DNA of 64,000 nucleotides from a bacterium. Its GTDB lineage: Bacteria > J088 > JAWLBW01. The stretch lies in NCBI GenBank assembly GCA_041690355.1, contig JAWLHK010000004.1, positions 186,001-250,000 of the forward strand, read 5' to 3'. Below, in pieces: positions 28,220-35,272 of the stretch; within the stretch, counting starts at the first letter, position 1; each line of letters starts with the position of its first letter. The notes beneath the pieces are model-generated. The model made no database searches. It was not told the origin of the DNA and saw only the letters and a program-made list of their open reading frames with translations. A program made the translations under genes and the position numbers.

Positions 28220-28912
28220 TCAGCGCACGTCGCCGTACCAGCGGGCGAGCCGCTGCGGAGAGACCCCCAACCGGTACAGGAGCGGAAAGACGTTGACCGC
28301 GATCGTAAAGGCAAGCGGACGCGCCAGAAAGCGCCGTCCCGAGACCTCGACGGTGGCCGGCACGGTCTGCACACGGCCCCAGGCCTTCATGCGCCGTGAA
28401 AACTCAAGATCCTCCATGAGCGGCTGGTCGGGAAAGCCGTCCATGGCGTCGAAGGTCTGGCGGCGCACGAAAATCGCCTGATCGCCGTAGGGCACCATGG
28501 TGTAGCGAGAACGCAGGTCGGCCAGAAACAGCAGCGGAGTCAGCCTGCTCGCCCCCGCGTCGCAGACCGTGCGGATGCGAAAGGCCCCGCCGACGACCGC
28601 CGGATCACGCAACGCGGCGCGCACGCGGGAGAAGGCGTCGGCGGGCAGCCGGCAGTCTGCATGCAGAAAGAGCAGAATCTCGCCGGTACTCTCTCGGGCG
28701 CCGAGGTTCATCTGGCGCGCCCGTCCCCGCCGGCCGGGGCCCGCATCGATGAGATTGACGGCGGGAAACTCGCGCACGCGGTCGGGCGTTCCATCGGTGC
28801 TTCCGCCATCGACGACGACCACCTCGTCGGCTGCGAGCGCGCGCAGCTCTTCGAGCCGCGAACCGATGCGCGCCGATTCGTTGAGCGTCGGGATGATGAC
28901 CGAGATCCGCAT
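28220..28912 (-). CDS. GT2 glycosyltransferase, TIGR04283-like (arsenosugar-biosynthesis-associated family)
   Basis: ISVIIPTLNE, VVDGGSTDGT, GRARQMNLGA, LLFLHADC, PYGDQAIFVRR, GFPDQPLMEDLEFSRR, VSGRRF motifs. Confidence 0.88.
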   Translation of the reverse strand: MRISVIIPTLNESARIGSRLEELRALAADEVVVVDGGSTDGTPDRVREFPAVNLIDAGPGRRGRARQMNLGARESTGEILLFLHADCRLPADAFSRVRAALRDPAVVGGAFRIRTVCDAGASRLTPLLFLADLRSRYTMVPYGDQAIFVRRQTFDAMDGFPDQPLMEDLEFSRRMKAWGRVQTVPATVEVSGRRFLARPLAFTIAVNVFPLLYRLGVSPQRLARWYGDVR

Positions 28913-28918
28913 GGGGGC

Positions 28919-29650
28919 CTATTCGACGGGGGCGCCGGGAACGGCGTCCCGCGCAGGCATGTCCGCGCGCAGCCGGCGTTCGAGCGCCCGCCGTGCCGCG
29001 CGCGCGAGAAGCCCCGTGGCCGCAAGCGTCGCGACGAGACCGCCCCAGAACAGAATCCGGCTCGCCGCGCCGCCGTCGGGCCGATCGGCAAGCAGGCGGG
29101 CCACGTCGGTCACGAGCGAGCCGAGGTAGATGTAAAGGAACGTTCCGGGGAGCATGCCCACGAACGAAGCCAGCACGTAGGCGCCGGTGCGCATGGGGGT
29201 CAGGGCCACGGCGTAGTTGAGCAGGTTGAAGGGAACGAGCGGGCTCAGCCGCAACAGCAGCAGAATGCGAAAGCCGTCGGCGCGAATGGCGTCTTCGATG
29301 GCGCCGAGCAGGGGCCGGCTCGCCACGCGCGCCGCAAGCCGCCGGCTCCCCAGTGCGCGGCCGATCAGAAACGCGCACGTTGCGGCAAGCACGCTCACGG
29401 GCGAAACGAGCAGCACGCCGTAACCCAGACCCCAGACGAAGCCGGCCCCCAGGGTCAGGATCGAGGCCGGCAGCAGGAGCACGGTGCTCGCCACGTACAC
29501 GAGGGCGAAGACGAGAACCCCCGCGGGCCCCGCCCCGCGAATCCAATCGACAAGGGCGAGAAGCGATTCGCCCACCGGCAGCAGCCGCGATGCGGCGACG
29601 ACGGCCACGGCCGCCGCAGCCAGAAGTCCGATGCGCAATGCGCGGCTCAT
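28919..29650 (-). CDS. TVP38/TMEM64 (DedA, SNARE-associated) membrane protein
   Basis: LLLPASILTLGAGFVWG, LLLRLSPLVPFNLLNY, GMLPGTFLYIYLG; ATGA overlap with upstream fusion gene. Confidence 0.92.
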   Translation of the reverse strand: MSRALRIGLLAAAAVAVVAASRLLPVGESLLALVDWIRGAGPAGVLVFALVYVASTVLLLPASILTLGAGFVWGLGYGVLLVSPVSVLAATCAFLIGRALGSRRLAARVASRPLLGAIEDAIRADGFRILLLLRLSPLVPFNLLNYAVALTPMRTGAYVLASFVGMLPGTFLYIYLGSLVTDVARLLADRPDGGAASRILFWGGLVATLAATGLLARAARRALERRLRADMPARDAVPGAPVE

Positions 29651-30927
29651 GCGGCCTGCGCCGCTTGCAGCCGGCGGTGCAGGATCGCCTGGAGGCGAAT
29701 CCGGCCGGCCGTATCGATGAGGGGCGGCTGGGTCATGAGCGCCACGTCGAGGTTTCTGCGGCAGGCGCAGGGGGCTGCCGGAGCGACATGCTCGGCCACA
29801 TGCGTGACGATGCGCCGGCCCTTGTCGACGTTCGCGCGAAGCACGGTCATGATGTCGTCGACATTCGCTTCGCGGGTCGCCGGGCGCCAGCAGTCATAAT
29901 CGGTCGGCAGCGCCAGGGTGGCATAGCAGATCTCGGCCTCACGGGCGAGCCGGGCCTCGGGATGGTTCGTCATGCCTACCAGATCGGCCCCCCACTGGCG
30001 GAACAGGTCGGATTCGGCGCGGGTAGAAAACTGCGGTCCCTCGATACAGACGTAGGTCCCCGCGGCGTGTACGCGGCCCGGTTCGGTCCGGGCCCCGTCG
30101 GCGATACTGTCGGCAAGATGGCCGCAGACGGGCTCGGCGAGGCTGCAGTGCGCGACCACCCCCGAACCGAAGAAGGTCGCCGGCCGGCTCACGGTGCGGT
30201 CGATGAACTGCCGCGGGGTGACGATGTCGCCGGGGGCGATCTCTTCGCGCAACGAGCCCACGGCCGAAATCGAAATGACCCGCGTGACCCCCAGGCGCTT
30301 GAAGCCGTAGAAGTTGGCGCGGGAGTTGACCTCGTAGGGGAGCAGGCGGTGCCCCCGGCCGTGCCGCGCGAGAAAGACGACCCGCCGGCCGTGCAGACGC
30401 CCGACGAGATAGGCGTCAGAGGGGCGCCCGAACGGGGTGTCGACGTGAATCTGCGTTACCGCTTCGAGACCCGGCAGATCGTAGAAGCCCGATCCGCCCA
30501 GAAAACCGAGCGCGGGCTCGGGAGCGAATTCCGCCGACAGCGCGTCGATCCGTTCCACCAGGGCATCGCGCACCGACTGGAAAGCCGGAAACGACTCCGG
30601 CCCCGGCACGCGCGCCGGATCGGCGAACCCCCAGTGCCGGACGGCGACGCCCGGCAGGGAGGGGCAGGCCGCCGCCGCCTCGTCGCAGAGCGTGATCACG
30701 AGCCCGACCTGATCGAGGGGAATGTCGTTCAGGTGCTTCGAGTCATAGTCGGAGATGTCGACATCGACTTCGGCGAGGGCCTGCACGGCGCGCGGATCGA
30801 GCCCGCGGGGCCGGGTGCCGGCGCTCCACACCGGAATGTCGGGCGCGAGAAACCGCCGCGCTATCCCTTCGGCCATCTGGCTGCGGGCGGCGTTGGCAGT
30901 GCAGAGAAAGAGAACACCTTTGCGCAT
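29647..30927 (-). CDS. Fusion: thioredoxin-type arsenate reductase ArsC (aa 1-~130) plus S-methyl-5'-thioadenosine phosphorylase (aa ~140-426)
   Basis: ArsC: LFLCTANAARSQMAEG, SAGT, ITLCDEAAAACP, HWGFADPA. MTAP: GFLGGSG, TPFGRPS, FLARHG, SAVGSL, QFIDRT, EGPQFSTRAES, GMT..PEA.LAREAEICY, TDYDCW. Single frame, no Met in the linker. Confidence 0.92.
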   Translation of the reverse strand: MRKGVLFLCTANAARSQMAEGIARRFLAPDIPVWSAGTRPRGLDPRAVQALAEVDVDISDYDSKHLNDIPLDQVGLVITLCDEAAAACPSLPGVAVRHWGFADPARVPGPESFPAFQSVRDALVERIDALSAEFAPEPALGFLGGSGFYDLPGLEAVTQIHVDTPFGRPSDAYLVGRLHGRRVVFLARHGRGHRLLPYEVNSRANFYGFKRLGVTRVISISAVGSLREEIAPGDIVTPRQFIDRTVSRPATFFGSGVVAHCSLAEPVCGHLADSIADGARTEPGRVHAAGTYVCIEGPQFSTRAESDLFRQWGADLVGMTNHPEARLAREAEICYATLALPTDYDCWRPATREANVDDIMTVLRANVDKGRRIVTHVAEHVAPAAPCACRRNLDVALMTQPPLIDTAGRIRLQAILHRRLQAAQAA

Positions 30928-30936
30928 GGGAGAACC

Positions 30937-31755
30937 TCAAGGGCGGTGCCGCTCGTTGAGCGACCAGTCGTAATCCAGAAATCGTACGGTCAGTTCGGGT
31001 TCGGTAACTCGCGAAGCGGCGTCCGAAGATAGATGGCGGACGACGAAGGCCGACACCGAGCCGTCCGAACGTTCAAAGTCGTCGGCAAACCACTTGAAAA
31101 TCGCCGACAGATGCAGCGTGTGGGTCTGCTCATCGTAGCGGCTCCCCTTCGCGGCGGCGAGGTAGCGCCGGGTCGCGGTGTCGAGACGGGTGTCGAGCGT
31201 ATCCCCCCGCCAGGCCTCGCCCGACAGATCGGGGCAGCCGACGGCGGCGCAGACGAGCGCGAAGTGGATGCGCGGTTCCCGGTAGCGTTTGCGCAGAATC
31301 CGATGCTCGATGTGATCGAGGCTGAACTCCGCGTCGCCGTTATCTACAAGGCGCGAACGGATGAAGTCGCGCCGGAACGCGGCGTGCGGCAGCCAGCCGA
31401 TCACGCGGATGCTCGCAATCGGATATTCGGCCACGACGAGCGCGACGGTGGCGGCATTGTACAGGTTGATCCAGTAGGCGATCTGCTCAGGCTCGCTCCA
31501 CGTCGCATACGCATCAGGACAGGCGGCGCCGAGGGCCGCCAGATAGCCCTCGAGGCGGGCGCGTGCCTCCGCGTCGGCGTGGAGGCGTCGATAGTCGACG
31601 CGCCCGTCGGCTACGAACTCGCCGAGAAAGGCCGTCCAGGCGGCATGGCTGTGGTCGAAGGGCGCGCACGTCTCTTCTACGGCAGCTGCGGCCGGGGCCG
31701 GCGCGGTCACGGCGGAAATGCACGGGAACAGCAGGAGTAGAAGACGGGCGCGCAT
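30937..31755 (-). CDS. DUF547 domain exported protein
   Basis: Signal peptide; DGRVDY, IAYWINLYNA, SLDHIEHRILR, EPRIHFALVCAAVGCPDL, LSAIFKWFADDF, DYDWSLN. Confidence 0.92.
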   Translation of the reverse strand: MRARLLLLLFPCISAVTAPAPAAAAVEETCAPFDHSHAAWTAFLGEFVADGRVDYRRLHADAEARARLEGYLAALGAACPDAYATWSEPEQIAYWINLYNAATVALVVAEYPIASIRVIGWLPHAAFRRDFIRSRLVDNGDAEFSLDHIEHRILRKRYREPRIHFALVCAAVGCPDLSGEAWRGDTLDTRLDTATRRYLAAAKGSRYDEQTHTLHLSAIFKWFADDFERSDGSVSAFVVRHLSSDAASRVTEPELTVRFLDYDWSLNERHRP

Positions 31756-31763
31756 GTCTGGAC

Positions 31764-31840
31764 ATGATAACGGGTTTGCGCCCCCCCTGTCGCGAAACCT
31801 GCGCCCCGTTCGGCTCTGCTTGCTTCCGGCAGAGCGGAAC
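31764..31840 (-). promoter_or_regulatory. Candidate near-leaderless promoter and upstream 12-9-12 inverted repeat for the DUF547/ArsC-MTAP operon
   Basis: Minus strand GCGACA-18-TATCAT (31769-31764), 8 nt before ATG 31755; GTTCGGCTCTGC-N9-GCAGAGCGGAAC at 31808-31840 (11/12 match). Confidence 0.45.
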
Positions 31841-31874
31841 CCCGGGCGGCGATGCGTTACACTGTTCTGTCACC

Positions 31875-32801
31875 ATGGCCGATCCGCAACCGACATCCGC
31901 TTCGCCGGAGGCATCCCGGGAACGCACGCGGGAGATCCGCGCGTTTCTCGTCTGGACCTTCGCCCTCAGCTGGAGCCTGGCGCTCGGCTTCAGGCTGGCC
32001 GGCGGCGAGTGGCAGGGGACGGCTTCTTATGTGGTCGCCATCGTCTACATGTACATGCCCGCGCTTGCGGCCGTCATCGTCGCACGCTTCCACGCGCGCA
32101 AGCCGATCGGCAGCGACCTTGGCGTCCGGTTGCGCCCCAACCGCTGGTTCGCCGTCGCCGCCGTGCTCCCGCTGCTGCTTGCCGTGGCGACCCTCGGCGC
32201 GGGCCTGCTGGTTCCCGGCGTGCGCTTCGATCCGCTCATGACCGACCTGATCGAGCGGCTCGCCGCGCTGGCCCCGGGCGTGAGCCCCGAGGCGATTCGC
32301 GAGCAGATGGACGTACTGCCCGTGCATCCTTACTGGCTGGCCATCCCCCAGGCGCTCATCGCGGGCGCGACGATCAACGCCCTCGTCGCCTTCGGCGAAG
32401 AGCTGGGGTGGCGCGGGTTTCTCTACACGCGCACGATTCACCTCGGCTTCTGGAAGAGTTCTGCGCTCATCGGCCTCATCTGGGGCGTCTGGCACGCGCC
32501 GATCATCCTGCAAGGGCACAACTATCCCGACCACCCGGTGGCGGGCGTGTTCCTGATGACGCTCTGGACACTCCTGCTGGCGCCGCTCTTCCAGTGGATC
32601 CGCCTGCGATCGCAGAGCGTGGTCGCCGCCGCCATCCTGCACGGGGCGCTCAACGCCTCGGCGGGCTTGGCCGTCATGGTGCTCAGCGGGGGCAACGATC
32701 TGACGATCGGCCTGACCGGTGCAGCCGGAATGGCCGTTCTGCTCGTCGCGAATCTGGTGCTCGCCCTGGCCCCCGCGCGGCAGAAGGAGCCGGCGCCATG
32801 A
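31875..32801 (+). CDS. CPBP family (CAAX/Abi) intramembrane glutamic endopeptidase
   Basis: Multiple TMs; GEELGWRGFL, GLIWGVWHAP, AAILHGALN motifs. Confidence 0.92.
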   Translation: MADPQPTSASPEASRERTREIRAFLVWTFALSWSLALGFRLAGGEWQGTASYVVAIVYMYMPALAAVIVARFHARKPIGSDLGVRLRPNRWFAVAAVLPLLLAVATLGAGLLVPGVRFDPLMTDLIERLAALAPGVSPEAIREQMDVLPVHPYWLAIPQALIAGATINALVAFGEELGWRGFLYTRTIHLGFWKSSALIGLIWGVWHAPIILQGHNYPDHPVAGVFLMTLWTLLLAPLFQWIRLRSQSVVAAAILHGALNASAGLAVMVLSGGNDLTIGLTGAAGMAVLLVANLVLALAPARQKEPAP

Positions 32802-33526
32802 GCCGCGAAAAGCGTATCGCCCTCGTCACGGGCGGCAACCGTAGCATCGGGCTCGAGGTCTGCCGGCAGCTCGCACGGGCCGGGCTTCGCGTACTTCTGG
32901 GGAGCCGCGACGAGGCGGCGGGCGAGGCGGCGGCCGCGTCGCTGCGCGGCGAGGGTTTTGACGTGACGGTTCTCCCCCTCGACGTCGCCGACGAAGCCAG
33001 CATCGAGAAGGCTATGGCGCGTGTCGCCGAAACGGTCGGCCGGCTCGACGTGCTCGTCAACAATGCAGGCGTCTCCCTCGATCGGCGAGCTGAGCCGAGC
33101 CCCGGCCGTACCGGGTTCGAAGACGTGGGGGTCGACGCCGTACGCGCCACCCTCGAAACCAACCTCTATGGTCCCTATCGTCTCGTCCAGCTCGCGCTCC
33201 CGCTCATGCGCCGAAGCGGATACGGACGCATCGTCAACGTCTCGTCGGGGATGGGGCAGCTCAGCGACATGAACGGCGGCTTTCCGGCTTACCGGATCTC
33301 CAAGGCGGGGCTCAACGTGCTCACCCGCGTCGTGGCCGACGAACAGCTGGGGACGGGCATCAAAATCAACTCAGCCTGCCCCGGCTGGGTGCGCACCGGC
33401 ATGGGCGGACCCTCTGCGCCGAGAACCGTCGAAGAAGGGGCCGACACCATCGTCTGGCTCGCGACCCTCGACGACGACGGCCCGAGCGGCGGCTTTTTCC
33501 GGAACCGCAAACCGATCGCATGGTGA
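32798..33526 (+). CDS. Short-chain dehydrogenase/reductase (carbonyl-reductase-like)
   Basis: ALVTGGNRSIG, DVLVNNAG, NVSS, YRISK, CPGWVRTGMGG; ATGA overlap. Confidence 0.92.
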   Translation: MSREKRIALVTGGNRSIGLEVCRQLARAGLRVLLGSRDEAAGEAAAASLRGEGFDVTVLPLDVADEASIEKAMARVAETVGRLDVLVNNAGVSLDRRAEPSPGRTGFEDVGVDAVRATLETNLYGPYRLVQLALPLMRRSGYGRIVNVSSGMGQLSDMNGGFPAYRISKAGLNVLTRVVADEQLGTGIKINSACPGWVRTGMGGPSAPRTVEEGADTIVWLATLDDDGPSGGFFRNRKPIAW

Positions 33527-33530
33527 CCCG

Positions 33531-34181
33531 GTGACGACACGCAAAGCGACCCGCTCCGGCGCCGAGACCCGCAGGCGCATCCTGAATGCCGCCGAGGAGC
33601 TCTTCGTGCGTTACGGCTACGAGGGTACGCGCATGGATCAGATCGCCGAGGCGGCCGGGGTCGAAAAGGCGAACATCTATTACTACTTCGACGGCAAGGA
33701 AAGCCTCTACCAGGCGCTCATCGGCAGCATCATGGACGCGCTCGTCCACGAGATCCGCGACTTCGTGCTCCAGCCCGCCGATTCGCCGTGGGTGCAGCTC
33801 GATACCTTTCTCGATTTCTTCTTCACGATGGTCGAGCGTTACCAGGGGCTCGTCGGACTCGTGGTCGGCGAGATGCAGCATCCGCCGCGCGACCAGGAGG
33901 GCGAATCGCCGCTGCTCGCGATCATGCTGCAGATCCAGTCCGTGGCCGGCCAGCTGCTCGAAGACGGTATGCGCCAGGGGCACTTCCGCCGCCAGGATCC
34001 GGCGCAGCTGCTGCTGAGCCTCGAGGGGGCGCTCTTCTACTCCTTTCTGCTCCCCGAAGAACGCATGCAGGCGCTGCTGGGCGAGCCGCGGTTCAGCCCC
34101 GAGGGACTCGCGCGGCGGCGGGAGCACCTGCGCGGCCTGCTGCGCATGATGCTCGGCCACGAAGATCAGCCGGCCCGCTGA
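33531..34181 (+). CDS. TetR/AcrR family transcriptional regulator
   Basis: RILNAAEELF...GYEGTRMDQIAEAAGVEKANIYYYFDGKESLY HTH. Confidence 0.93.
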   Translation: MTTRKATRSGAETRRRILNAAEELFVRYGYEGTRMDQIAEAAGVEKANIYYYFDGKESLYQALIGSIMDALVHEIRDFVLQPADSPWVQLDTFLDFFFTMVERYQGLVGLVVGEMQHPPRDQEGESPLLAIMLQIQSVAGQLLEDGMRQGHFRRQDPAQLLLSLEGALFYSFLLPEERMQALLGEPRFSPEGLARRREHLRGLLRMMLGHEDQPAR

Positions 34182-34265
34182 GGAGACACCCGGTTTGCAG
34201 AGCGCCTTGACGCTTTGCGTCGACATCCCGGACTGCGTTATTCTGTGGGCAAGCGAGGAGAACGC

Positions 34266-35108
34266 ATGCTGATCCAGCCGACGCACGAGTTTTCCTGGGA
34301 TCGGGTTTTCCGCCCCGGGGTCATGGCGCGCCTGCTCACCTTTCTGGGGCTGCGCAAGGAAGCGATCATCCGCTTTCTGAATTATCCCCAGTTCGCCGTC
34401 GTTATCCTGCTGCTCGTCCCCTACCTGATTCTTGCGCCGGTGGTCACCCTGACCCTGGGGCGGCGCGCCGACTGGGCGGTGCAGAAAGTCTTCGGGTGGA
34501 TGTGGCTGGCCGTCTTCGGCATCTACCGCCGCGTGTGGATTCACCCGGAGATCAGGCGGGACGCACAGTACGTCTACATGGCCGAGCACTTCTCGCTTCA
34601 CGACGTTCCGCTCTACGGTTCGACCTGGCCCACCGTGACCGCGGCGCTGAGCGCGAAAGAATACGCCAACGTGCCGATGTACGGCTGGGTCATCCGCGCC
34701 GCCGGCACCCAGTTCATCGAGCGCCGCGACACCCGCGAGGCGATCGCCGACCTTCACGCCCTGCGCGACAGGATGGGGCCCGACGGCCTGTCGGTGCTTG
34801 TCGTGCCCACCGGAACGCGCGCCGAGAACGCCCAGCTGCTCCCCTTCAAGAAAGGGGTCTTCTTTTTTTCCACCGAGCTGAAGAAGCCCATCGTTCCTCT
34901 CTGTCTCGTGGGGCTCGAACATCTGCGCGTGGGCAAGAATTACTGCCGCCCGGGACGCGTCGACGTCGTCTACGGGCAGCCCATCCGCCCCGAAGACCAC
35001 CCCGAAGCCTTCGCTTCACCCGAGGCCCTGCGCGATCTCGTACGCGCCCGCATGCTCGACGAGGGCCGCGAGCTGCGCCGGCAGCGTCAGCTGCTGCTCC
35101 GCAATTGA
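34266..35108 (+). CDS. Lysophospholipid acyltransferase (PlsC-like)
   Basis: HFSLHD (HxxxxD), FIERR, VPTGTR (usually PEGTR), LLPFKKGVF, PIVP; GAGGAG RBS. Confidence 0.85.
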   Translation: MLIQPTHEFSWDRVFRPGVMARLLTFLGLRKEAIIRFLNYPQFAVVILLLVPYLILAPVVTLTLGRRADWAVQKVFGWMWLAVFGIYRRVWIHPEIRRDAQYVYMAEHFSLHDVPLYGSTWPTVTAALSAKEYANVPMYGWVIRAAGTQFIERRDTREAIADLHALRDRMGPDGLSVLVVPTGTRAENAQLLPFKKGVFFFSTELKKPIVPLCLVGLEHLRVGKNYCRPGRVDVVYGQPIRPEDHPEAFASPEALRDLVRARMLDEGRELRRQRQLLLRN

Positions 35109-35111
35109 GCG

Positions 35112-35131
35112 GGCCCCGGCTCACCGGGGCC
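35112..35131. repeat. Perfect 8-bp hairpin without U-tract
   Basis: GGCCCCGG-CTCA-CCGGGGCC right after the plsC-like stop. Confidence 0.6.
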
Positions 35132-35272
35132 GGACGCCTCACCTTACCTACCGCGTGGTAGAATACGCTTGACTTCGCGGGGCATACGGGATGATAATGC
35201 TCCCACTGAACGGGCGCTTTTCCAGGCGCCACTGCCTCCTTGTCTCCGCATAACGCTACCCAGGTGAATGCC

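Noticed and set aside
31875-32801. CPBP 'Abi' protein as a phage-defence gene
   Set aside because: The Abi label for this family is historical; context (SDR, TetR) gives no defence signal.
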